Of a stretch of DNA of 64,000 nt, positions 14,442 through 25,500 are shown in pieces. A program made the position numbers and the translations under genes. The notes beneath the pieces were generated by a model. The model was not told where the DNA came from, did no database searches, and was given only the letters and a program-made list of their open reading frames with translations. Source of the stretch: Dimorphilus gyrociliatus (lineage: Eukaryota; Animalia; Annelida); NCBI GenBank assembly GCA_904063045.1, contig CAJFCJ010000003.1:2466504-2530503 (forward strand), written 5' to 3'. Each line of letters starts with the position of its first letter. The first letter of the stretch is position 1.

Positions 14442-15557
14442 CTATTTAATATTCTGTGAATTTAATTCGGATTCTATTGTTTCAGAAAATCTTGAAGGAT
14501 TCTCTCTTTCTTTCAGTTTATCTTTCAATTTTTCTCTTGCGCAAATCTTGCAAGTGAAAAACCTGATTAACATATTCTTTGCATTCTTTCTGAAAGATGA
14601 ATAGACACAAACAAAAATAATAACATTCACGAAACTGTTAACATTTGCAGACCACATACATAAAAAATCCAAAATTGGCGGATGCTTTATTGACTTATTT
14701 GAAATAAAATCGACAAAAGTAACTATTATAAATGGTCCAAAAGCCATTGCAAACGCATTTGCGGAGATGACTATAACCTTTACCGCTTTCATATTTTTCA
14801 CTAGTCTAGATTTTCTTTCCTCCAAGTCTTCAGTTAACGCTTTATCTTCTTTTAATTTTCTTATTATTTTTAATGTAGTATAAGTCATAACTGTACAACT
14901 TAGAATAGGCATATAAGGTGCAGTTAACAAAAGGAACCATAGATAGCGAATTCGACAACCACATAGATAACTGGTTGGTTGATATAAGTAATACTGGTAA
15001 TCAGATTCAAGAAAAATAGGAAATGTGAATGATATAATTGGTACAAACCACATCCCAATAATGGCTAGTTTTAATTTTCGTAATGTAACTATCTGCCGAT
15101 ATCTATATTTTTTTAAATAAATTAAATAATACAGTACGCTATATAATTAATAAACTTACTTGAGTGAGTGAACAATAGCAAAGTATCTATCTAATGATAC
15201 TAGAGCTACAGTATACATTGAATTTGTCAGACTTGTAGAGTGAATAACACCAGAAATTTGACACCAAATAGTTCCATAAGGCCATTCTCCAGTAATGGTG
15301 GGTATAACTGAAGGTGCTACGGTAAATACACCGCAAGTCAAATCTGCAATACCCATATTAATCAAACATATTCTTGGTATATATGGAATCTGTTGTGTAA
15401 TTCTTAAAACGTTGATTCCAAGTATGTTGCTAAATATTATAAGAAAGCTTATAGATATTGTAAAAGGAATTCTAATATAAAAAGGCAAAGGATGTAAAAT
15501 TGGTTTCAAGTCTTGTTCTATCGTAAAATTGACGATAGACGAGAAATTTGCTTGCAT
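14442..15557 (-). CDS. Class A orphan GPCR, paralog B, exons 15557-15160 and 15102-14442
   Basis: Start MQANFSSIVNF (ATG in ataATG context), WPYGTIWCQISG, DRYFAIVHSLK|YRQIVT, TM7 NSFVNVIIF. A 57-nt intron sits at the same position as in paralogs A and C. Confidence 0.88.
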
Positions 15558-15911
15558 TATGATTAATCGTATCGTGTTACAGGTTTCGTTTCTAATTTTA
15601 ATTACGCCAAATATATACTGTATATATACTGTATATATATGGTATACGTGCACTCTAGGTGTCGCTCATTAACCAAACTAGTTTCACTATTGAAGTAACA
15701 ATATTCTCTAAATAGCTTTTAAAGTATTCTAATTTATTAACAAAATAGCGTTTCTTTATTCCACATTTAACAAGATATAGTATAACGTAATTATGCAAAT
15801 AAAAGAATCATATATTATAATTCACGACTTATAACTTACCAAATAGCATAGTATTAAGTTTAAACTTGAAGCTTCTTCTGGGTTATCCGTATTTTATGCT
15901 AAAAATATACT

Positions 15912-16892
15912 TTAAGTCCAAGTTAAGAGATCTGGCTTTAGGAAACCAGCCATCCCAATTCTGGTTGCTGTAACAGTACCGTCGGGGTTAATATGAATAA
16001 GAGTTATACTAGCGTGAGGTAGCATTAGCCGCATCCAAGCCCTTGTATTTAGCTGAAGAACCCTGAAAATAAAGTATGCATAATATAAAAACATTGTATA
16101 AATATTTTTTCCAACTTACTTTAAAAGAAAATATCTAATTATGTTGCCATGGGCAACGAGAATATAAAAATTACGATCTTCTCCTATATCTGCTCTGTGC
16201 ATATACTTTTTAAAAGCGGATTCAAATCTTGGTATATGTTTTTCATAGACCTATAATTGTTTAAAACACTTCTCAAGTATAAATGATAAGTAGTTAATCA
16301 CGTAACCTCAGATGAAAAATTCCAATTTCCTTGAGTAGGACTAGGTTTGTCTGGTAACCCCTCTTTCAACAAGTCATCATCTAATTAAAATGAAGAAATA
16401 AAGAGTCATACTGAATATTTAAAACTAATGAATGAACCGTAAAAAGGTATTTTAGGTAAGTATTGGTGAATAATTTGGGCAGTTTCTTGAGCTCTTATAG
16501 ATGATGAAGAATAAATAGCCTTGAATTTCATTCTCATCTGCTTTAAATATTTTCCAGCACCTTCTGCTTGCTCCCTGCCCATTTTTGTCAGTCTACCGCT
16601 CTGTCTATTGTAATGACCATGTCTTACAAATACAAATGACTTAACATTTCGAACTTTTGCTTCTCCTTTGGAAAGTATGCCTTTACTGTTTAAAAAATAA
16701 AATAGTATGGTATATAACATTATACATTAGGTTCTATCTCTACCTATCCCAATTGAAGTTCCACACAATCTTATCACTTTGATTTTCAGTGTTTTCATAT
16801 GAATCCTTGTATAAAAAAATGACGATAATCACAATTAATACAGCTATCCAAAATCCTAATTTATTAAAGATACTATATTTGAGAACCGGCAT
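15912..16892 (-). CDS. PGAM5: PGAM5-like histidine phosphatase, 5 exons (16892-16744, 16685-16438, 16380-16307, 16250-16120, 16062-15912)
   Basis: N-terminal TM (LGFWIAVLIVIIVIFLY), WNFNWD motif (cf. WDxNWD), catalytic RHG (FVRHGHY), SSSIRAQETA, DLLKEG, AHGNIIRYF and C-terminal GMAGFLKPD. All splice phases are consistent and there are no stops. Confidence 0.9.
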
Positions 16893-17790
16893 AATTTGAA
16901 AGTTACAGCTCGTATTTAATATTTTTTTATTAATTCTATTGAACGTGTAATTTAGTATTGAAATCTATTCAAGATCATTCAGGCAAATCATATTCAATTG
17001 CAGTGCCCTCTATTTAAAAGTATTTTATTTTATAAATTATCAATATTTTCCATGTTATTTTAATTCAAAAATAAAAAAATTTAAATAAAATTGTAGATTT
17101 TGGTCCTTAGTTATGGTAATTATATATAATTATGACAACTTTGGCAACTAAATAATAAACCTTAGGTGTAAAGTCTAAAATATCTTGTTAAAAAGAGGTG
17201 TGTTCCTTTAATTTTATGCTAAACTTAAATTAAAGTAACTTAATGCTTTAAAGAACTCATCAAAAACAATATAAGAAATATTTAATTAAAAATTCATAAT
17301 GAATAAATTAAAATTTTAACATCTTTCTATTTTTTAAGAGAAAAATTTCAAATATTTAATTGAATTTTTTTATTATAAATGAATAATTAATAAAAAATGC
17401 ATAAATTAGGTCATTTTTTCTTTTAACTAATGTAGATTTTTAGCAACTTTAATACAATAGATAGAACAGCAACAAATATACTTTAATGTTTTTAATATTA
17501 TTCACGTTTTCAATGTTCAATTAACTATAACTACTAAAAAAAAGGAACTATAGACAGTACTCAAAAAGCTAATCAGGGCTTATTAAGATGTAAATGATAG
17601 TTCAAATTAAAATGCAATTGTTCTATTTGCATATATATAGAAGTTTTTAGTAAAAAAAATTTCCATCTCTAGGAAACTTATACGTCAACTGTTATTTGCC
17701 TTCCAATAAATGAAAATTTTTTAAAAGTACTTCAATTGAAGATTTCAAAAGAGTTTATCTAAAGTTCTTGTTCAAAAGTATATCCTAATC

Positions 17791-18877
17791 ATGTCGAAAT
17801 TGAATTTAACTAATTCAACAATAGTTGAAGATGACTTCGAACATCCTCTCTCAGTCATACCAAGAACAGCTCTTATTGGAACCATTGGAATTCTTACTGT
17901 TTTTTCTAATTCTCTTGGTATTAGCGTTTTAAGAATCACAACCGAAATTCCTTATATTCCAAGAATTTGTCTTATTAATCTCGGAGTAGCCGACTTATTG
18001 GTCGGTATAATTGCTTGTCTACCATCATTAGCGCCTAGTATTCTTGATAAATGGCCATATGGAGATATTTGGTGCCAAATTTCGGGTATCAGTCATGGTG
18101 TCAGTATAACCGTATCGATATGGAGTATTCTGTTAGTATCAATAGATAGATATTTCGCCATTGTCCACGCCTTAAGGTATAATAAGCATTTTACGATAAG
18201 AAATTATAATTAAAAGTTATAATAATTATAGATATCGTCAAATTGTTACAATCAAAAGAATTAAAATAATATTAGCTTGTATGTGGACGGTTGGGACATT
18301 GTCTTATTCACTACCATTACCTTTTGCCCATAAATTCCTATATTATAGATATATCAGAGAGGAATATATGTGCAGTATTCATTTTGACTTTCTCTGGTTT
18401 TGTATTTTTACGGCGGTTTATATGCCTATATTTAGCAATACTGGCATTTTTATAACAACTTTTCGATCGGTAATGAAATTAAGACAAACAAAGAAGCTTG
18501 GTGGAGAATCATCGGTTCATGGAGCAAGCTTAAAAAAGAATATGAAAGCCGTCAAGATGTTGGTAATAACGGCAATCACCTTTTTCATGTTTTGGTGTCC
18601 TTATATTTTTAATGTTTTTATAAATAAATTTTCACCAAATCCTCCAAGTTTGCCACCAATAGTTCCATTTATTATGGTTTGGTTGGCAAATTCAAATAGT
18701 TTTGTTAATGTCATCATCTATCTTATCCTATATCCTCACTTTAGAAAGAATGCACTTATCGTTCTTATTAGTTTTTCAAAAGGTCGTTGTTGTATTAAAA
18801 AGTCAGATAAGAAGGAAATACTGAACAACATATCGAGTAAAGTCTCTGGACCCCAAACATCCGAGTCTATGAATTGA
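17791..18877 (+). CDS. Class A orphan GPCR, paralog C, exons 17791-18176 and 18232-18877
   Basis: WPYGDIWCQISG, DRYFAIVHALR|YRQIVT, FWCP in TM6, NSFVNVIIY in TM7; 55-nt intron at the shared position. Confidence 0.88.
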
Positions 18878-19266
18878 TTCAATTAAATATTACAGCAATT
18901 ATATAATATATAAGAATTTTCACATTTATTCACAATCTTCACTACTTTTTTCATTGTAAAGTTCAATTGAACGGAACTTGAAATCTGAGAATAAATTTAA
19001 AAACCATTTGCGATATTTCGTTCATAATTTATTACTAATAATGGATATTTAACCTTTTGGAGATTGGTAACTCATCACATAAACCTAAATATGTTCTCTA
19101 TATAATGTTTATGAAACGAATAAGATCGGATGAAAGTTGTTGATATCCTTATAAATTATGAAGAAGTGAACATTTGAATGTGGTTACCTAATTCTCTTTC
19201 TATCAGATTATAAAGAGAAAAAAGTAGCATTTTTACAATAGTATATTAATAAATTATTCATTTTTG

Positions 19267-19483
19267 TTATCGTTTCATTACTGTAATCATTAACACAGGC
19301 ACAAATTAGATTGCATATCTTTACTAATATTCTCTTCTATTCCAAAAACTTACTATCATTTGTAATATACTCCTTTAATAGCTCAACTAAGTCGGTTGCA
19401 GCTTCAGCTGGACATTTCAGATAGGGAAAGCCGCTTTTGTATAGGTTTCCGATCATTTGCAAATATACACAATGTGAGGTCAT
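19267..19483 (-). CDS. Orphan exon-like mini ORF (small gene or pseudogene fragment)
   Basis: MTSHCVYLQMIGNLYKSGFPYLKCPAEAATDLVELLKEYITND is followed by a perfect GTAAGT donor (19353) and a 73-nt intron to an acceptor at 19281, then ends IMKR*. No family recognised. Confidence 0.3.
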
Positions 19484-19699
19484 CTGATTAACTCATATGC
19501 CTTAAATATTGTCACAGGTCTTCTTATAAGACATTTTGGCTTTTAGGTAGCATTTGAATGTTTCATTTAAATCCTCTAATCGTACACACGATTAGAGCGA
19601 CAAATTTAATACGGACAATTACATAATATTTATGTATTTTTAATCAAGTATTTCTAATCAAATACCAGCTTTAGTGAATTATAACAAGTCCACTAATTC

Positions 19700-20190
19700 C
19701 ACTAATCGGCAGACTAATAGGTCTGGGAATAGATGAAAATATGATTCTACATTCCGTGTCAATTTAGAACTGACTAGAAGAAATACAACTTGAAAATTAT
19801 CCAAATGAAAGTTTTGCTACTACTTTGTAACCTTCTTTATTTTGATTGATCACTACTATTGAACTTTGTAGAACTATTTTTCTTGCATCCACTTTGTCTC
19901 CATCTAGTGGTTGCCATCAAACCTCTTTAGCATCCTAAACAGCAAAGGGTATTGATGTGTTTATAAACAGACCTTTCATTAGAATTTATATCAAAATATA
20001 GAAGGGATAAAGAGCAAAGGTATCTTTATAGATTGTCTACAAATAGATAAAAACTGCAAGATTAGCTTGCTAAAAGTTGAACATTCTATTTATGTTGCAG
20101 AAAACTCTAGACCTAGCATAATTAGATGTGTATTCCTAGAAAATCCAGGAATTTATTAGAATATCCAGTCATCAAGTAGAAAACCATTAT
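19700..20190 (+). repeat. Diverged direct duplication, copy 1 (partner about 21390-21860)
   Basis: Collinear shared blocks with copy 2, e.g. TAATCGGC, ATAGATG, TACATTCCGT, AATGAAA, CTCCATCTRGYGGTT and TGTATTCCTAGAA. Boundaries approximate. Confidence 0.7.
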
Positions 20191-20864
20191 CCCTGTTCCA
20201 TTATCTTTTGAAATTTACACAATTAAAAAATTGTTTCTTTTGACTTTGTAAATTTCTCTTCTAAATAATCAAAGTGATCCTCTAAAGATTCTCTTTATAC
20301 TTCTTTTTTGAAAACTTTTCTAATATTTTGTATCTGCTTTGGATTTGTAACTTTTCCATTGACTTTATATATTGTTCTTAAAATACTTTTTTTTGTAAAA
20401 TAGTATTTTGCTTAGCTTAAGAAAAGTATAACATTTACGCCATTTGGAACTTGATTGGGATTATGTTGTATTTATCCACATCATCCTCGTAATAGTTAGT
20501 TGAAAGAAACTAAAAACTACTGCGAGTTGGTATCATAGTTGCAAGAGTTTTGATAATTTTCTAGTCACTGAAATCGGCTCAATTAGGCTATAATAGGTTT
20601 AGAAAACCTATATTATTCCTATAATGGAATTAGTTATTTAGTTTTCTCTTTCCACCGTTGTTTTATGTTTGTTTGTTAATTAATTTCAGAGGAAGAGATA
20701 CAAGCCTTTCGCTTCTTGGATCGTTATATCCTTTGTCACCTCCTTTTATAAAATTATCTCTAAAAGAGAAATAGAGATTAACGCTGCAGTAGAAAGGATG
20801 TTCCAAAGAAAGAATCCTTTTATTAAACATATGTATAATATTTAAAAGTGTTTTGTTTCCTATT

Positions 20865-21085
20865 TCAATTTTTAAGGAGTAAAATGTAAGTGAAAGTGAA
20901 AAATACTATCAAAAACATCTTGATAATAAATTTAAAAGGTGAATAAATAAGTGAAAAAATTACAACATTTACAAAACTATTAAATTTCCAAGCCAATTCA
21001 ATATAAAGGTCAACTATAGGAAGATAATTTATTGATTTTCTTTCAACAGATGAAGTCAATATAAAAGTTAGGGTGGAATCTGCTT
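20865..21085 (-). pseudogene. GPCR pseudogene remnant (ECL3/TM7/helix 8), closest to paralog B
   Basis: KSINYLPIVDLYIELAWKFNSFVNVVIFSLIYSPFKFIIKMFLIVFFT aligns with paralog B KSIKHPPILDFLCMWSANVNSFVNVIIFVCVYSSFRKNAKNMLIRFFT. In-frame TAA TAA lie upstream, and no TM1-5 was found. Confidence 0.75.
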
Positions 21086-21389
21086 ATTATTCTTATAATG
21101 TAATAATTTAAAGTAGATTATTATACTGTATATTATTAAAAAATTAACACTAAAAATTAGCTTGCTCTCTCTCTCTCTCTCCCCTCATATAAAAAAAAAA
21201 CACATTAAAATTATATGTTTAAATAGAAATTGGTCATTTCAAGAAACGTATTATTTAAGATATATGTCGATCTAGCTTTTCTTTAGATAATAGACCATGT
21301 AATTTATGATGTTCATAATGAATATTCATATATTTCAAAAATATATTTATCATAGAACCCCTTTCTAATCGAGTTCAAGGAAATATATT

Positions 21390-21860
21390 ACCAATAATCG
21401 GCGAACCGATAGATTCAGAAATAGATGTAAATGATTTTACATTCCGTCGAATCAACTTTAAGCCGAGTATAAGAAATATAGATTAGAAATTATTCAAAAT
21501 GAAAATTTGCTGCTTCTACTTTAAGAAACTTTCTATTTTTTACGCTTATTGACAAATTTTCCGTTAATAAACATTATCTCCATCTGGCGGTTTCCGTAAA
21601 ATCTATTTGCCTTGCATAGTGAAGCGATGCATACTATATATAATAGATATAGAAAGACGTAGTTACAAGTATACTAAACTATAACAAGGGAAAAAAGGGC
21701 GAAAAGTATTTATAAATAGAAAAATATGAAAGAATGACTTGATACAAACTTCAATTTATGTAGAATAATTTGACTTGATGTGATTATAAATGTATTCCTA
21801 GAATTGATTAATAGAATTCCAGAAGTTTACTAGAAAACCTACTTAATAAGTAAACTCAAT
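21390..21860 (+). repeat. Diverged direct duplication, copy 2 (partner about 19700-20190)
   Basis: See copy 1; carries CCATCTGGCGG at 21580-21590 where copy 1 has CCATCTAGTGG at 19900-19910. Confidence 0.7.
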
Positions 21861-22522
21861 TCCAAGTAGAATTGTCTATTTAGAATTGAAATTTACTTGA
21901 TGAAAGACTTACTGGTTTTAATTGAAAAGTGTAGTTTTCATGTATAAATTGAGAGAATTTCTAAGCTTATAAAAGTTAAAAAATATTAATAGCTAAATCT
22001 AAAAGTATAAAATAAATAGAATTTATAGAAAGGTGTAGAAGAGATACTTCGAAACGATAAAGCACTTTCATCATTTGTCAAATTCAGTTAGCATATAACA
22101 ATTATATACAGAGCAATTTATATTTTCGTTTATATCATACTTATAATAAAGAGATATGAAGTAAATTACTTGTATATTATTTATTGAATATTTGCTATCA
22201 TTAACTTTATTTTACTGATGATTAATTTAATTTATAAGACATATTTTATTTTTTATTTGTATGATGCAACAAAAAATTCTCTTAATCTTTTTATTAAACT
22301 TAATGTTCATGTATAAAGCTGAAAAATAAAAAAATAGATGTTATTGCTAAATTAAAATCGCCTTCTCTTCATAAATTAAATTGAAAAAATATGAAAACTA
22401 TGAACAAGTTTATAGAATGTATTATTAAAGTTTAATTTTACAGCACGTATTTTATTAATTCGAGTTTCCATAGAAAAAGAAAAATCCGAACGCCTCTTCT
22501 TTATTGCTTTGAAAATTGCAGA

Positions 22523-25500
22523 TCAGATCCTCTCTTCGTCGACCGGTTGAGGCACGTTCAACTGTTCCCTATAGTAGGGTACCAGGAATATAATGAGGGC
22601 CGACAAATTCATGAATATAAACACGAGAATGAAGAATAATCTGTCCATAACATGCGCCAATTCTTTCCATTCTTGGCAATTTTCCGATCTCTTTTTTTCC
22701 TTCTGGAAAACTGGAAATATAGCGTCTCTCATCGAAGAGTATTTACCGGGTTGGCCATTTTCCCTTGTAGAAGATGCTTGGTTAGCTTGCATAGCCGATT
22801 CTTCTTGTAAAATCGGCCTTAATAAACTCATGTCAGTTGCTATTTGGCCTAAACCGTGTCGGACGTTAGTTTTGTTTTCCAATTCATCAACAGCATGCAA
22901 GCGATCAGCTAATGACTTTGGCCGTCTAGCAGATACACACAGTAGCTTAGACAAATAATTCAAAACAATAATCCGAACCCATTTAGGTATCTTCCTTTCA
23001 GAATCCCGGTGGTGAAGGTTGAGCACTAGGACGGTTAGGCAAACAGATACCGTACCAAAGGCCATTGTACAGGTGAGATAAATGACTAATTTTTTTTTCA
23101 GATAAAAAGTAAACGAAAGTAAAAGAAATTATTAAATTTGTGAAATTTTGAATAAATCGATAGAAAAAAGAGAATACTTTTATGAACAAAAAAGAGAAGA
23201 AAATTAATAATTTCCTGTCTTTCCTTAAGGGCATTTTTTTTTAAAAAAAAAATTAAACTATAAAACGTATAACCTCGGGTCATTGGTAAAAGTTATCTTA
23301 TTTCACCAACATCTTTTATCTTAACCATCTAGATTTTGTTAAGTAAATTTTGTTGTACTCTACTAACAGTCCCTTTTAACCTAGTATAAACAAAGATTTT
23401 TCTAAGGATTATATAAGATAAAAGGCTAAGTAGACAAACAGTTCGTTATCATCAGTTTGTTATGATAAATTATTTCTTCTTTCTAAATAATATTTTTCTT
23501 TTCTTAGTCTTTAAATAGAATTTTACTAGAAAATGGACAAATTAGGAGACTTTTTTCTGTCCTTATACAGGGTCAAATAACGCATTGAAGAGATTATCAA
23601 AGTCATTTGGATATTTCCTACTTACCAATAATAGGAATATGTAGGGAAGTCCTCGGAACGTTCTCAGCAACCATTAGAAGAAAAACCGTAAACGCTAATA
23701 ATACCGAAATTCCCAGACTTATTTTTTCGCCAGCGTCAGGAGGTAGACAGAAAACAATCATAACCAGAACGCTGAGCAACGAACAGGGTAGGACTATATT
23801 CATAATGTAAAAAGCATGCCTTCTCCTTAAATATAAAGTAAATTGAACGTATGGATATCTCGTATCTGGACAGCAGGGTAGAATTGTTTCTAACCATTCA
23901 ACCGAGGTTCCAATGACCTAATTAGCAGTTTTGAGCAATGTAGAGCCTATGAAGAAAAATAGATTTAATGCAAACCTGCCACTCTCCATTCATTCGGAAG
24001 TTATGCGTTGGTATAGTACCCGTAGCATTAGTTAAATTCATACGAGCACTATAATATGCCCAAGCTCCAATTTGAATAGGGCACAATTGTTCATCGAATG
24101 GAAAATATCTTATATCTATGTCACAAGTTGTCGTAAATATTCCTCCAGGCTCCCAGTGAACTTTTCCATTGTAACTTAACCGAACCCTTATCTGTTTGAA
24201 ATCCGGTGCTAGTTCATCCGCTCTGTTTTTAGTATAAATATTTTTCATTAGGCCTTTTCAATTTTGTATAGCATTTTTTTCTTTTAAAAACACCAAACCA
24301 TCTAATTTTTACATTCATTATTTATAGTAGTATAATCTATTGACTGAATTAACTAAATGATAAAATAAACGATATCTTTTCTTAACTAAAAGCTGACTTA
24401 ATAGCGAAAATAGCTTTATCTAATTCATCAAAAGATAAAAAGTTCTGCTTAATTTACTAAGCTTCCTTGTATATTTAATATAATACAGTTACTGTAAGAA
24501 GATTTATACATTCCATCTAATAGGAACCGTCAGATGGCGTGATGAAAAATAAACTACTCTACTTTTTTCAAACTATATGGAATGGGGGTCATAATTTTTG
24601 TAGTGCAGAATGATTAAGAAGGTATCAAGTTATATAAGATAAAGGAAACAGTTAAGCATTCTTTCGCCATTGAAATCTAAATGACGTAACGGATGAATAA
24701 TGAAATTGTAAAGGGATATCTCAATGAAAATAATAACAAAGGATGCTAATTGCTTAGAAAGCAAACAGGAAGAAGTTGGGAAATGTTAATTAATTTGGAA
24801 AAGGAAAATAGAGGATATACATTTTTTAGCAATTACAAAAAAGAAGATAGTATAAAGTATATAAATAGAATTTTAAAAAATCAAAACCAATCAATCATTG
24901 ATAAATGTAACTCTCAATTTAAACGGAAAAGGAAATAAAATTAGATATTGTTAAGATTTTTAGGGTAAGAAACTTAAAAATTGAAGAGGTTCTGTAATCA
25001 GTTTTTTTCAATGAAACTGTTATTTGCATTCATGGGAGCCAGCTAGCAGAATGTATATTTTTCAGTCTATCAAACATTTCTTTTCTCTGATATTTAGATA
25101 GTAAAAAAAAAAGTGATATTATCTACTCCTATATAAAGTAGTTTATCAATTATTTTTGATATTTAGGTAGCAATGCGCGTATATTACGATGCATTCAAGA
25201 AGTATACATAAAATTCTTCATTAAATTGTAGCATGAGCTTAATCAATTTCTTGTCAAATGGGCTTTAGTTTGACAAATGAAATTATAAAAAATTTCCATT
25301 TAGAGTAAAGAAGGTATAAATATATAATTGTTAATTCTTTAATTATCTACCCATTCATTAAAGCAAGTTCTGGTAGCCAGATCCTTTCTGGGCGTATTAC
25401 AACGTCTGTCAAGTTGTCGTACTTTTCAGGGTTCCACGTCAACCTCTCGTCGAACCATTCCTGTAATATTTTTTGTATATAATGAAATCTTCTTCTCTTA

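Noticed and set aside
16143-16157. Near-perfect X-box palindrome GTTGCCATGGGCAAC
   Set aside because: It is the coding sequence of the PGAM5 catalytic VAHGN motif, so protein constraint explains it.
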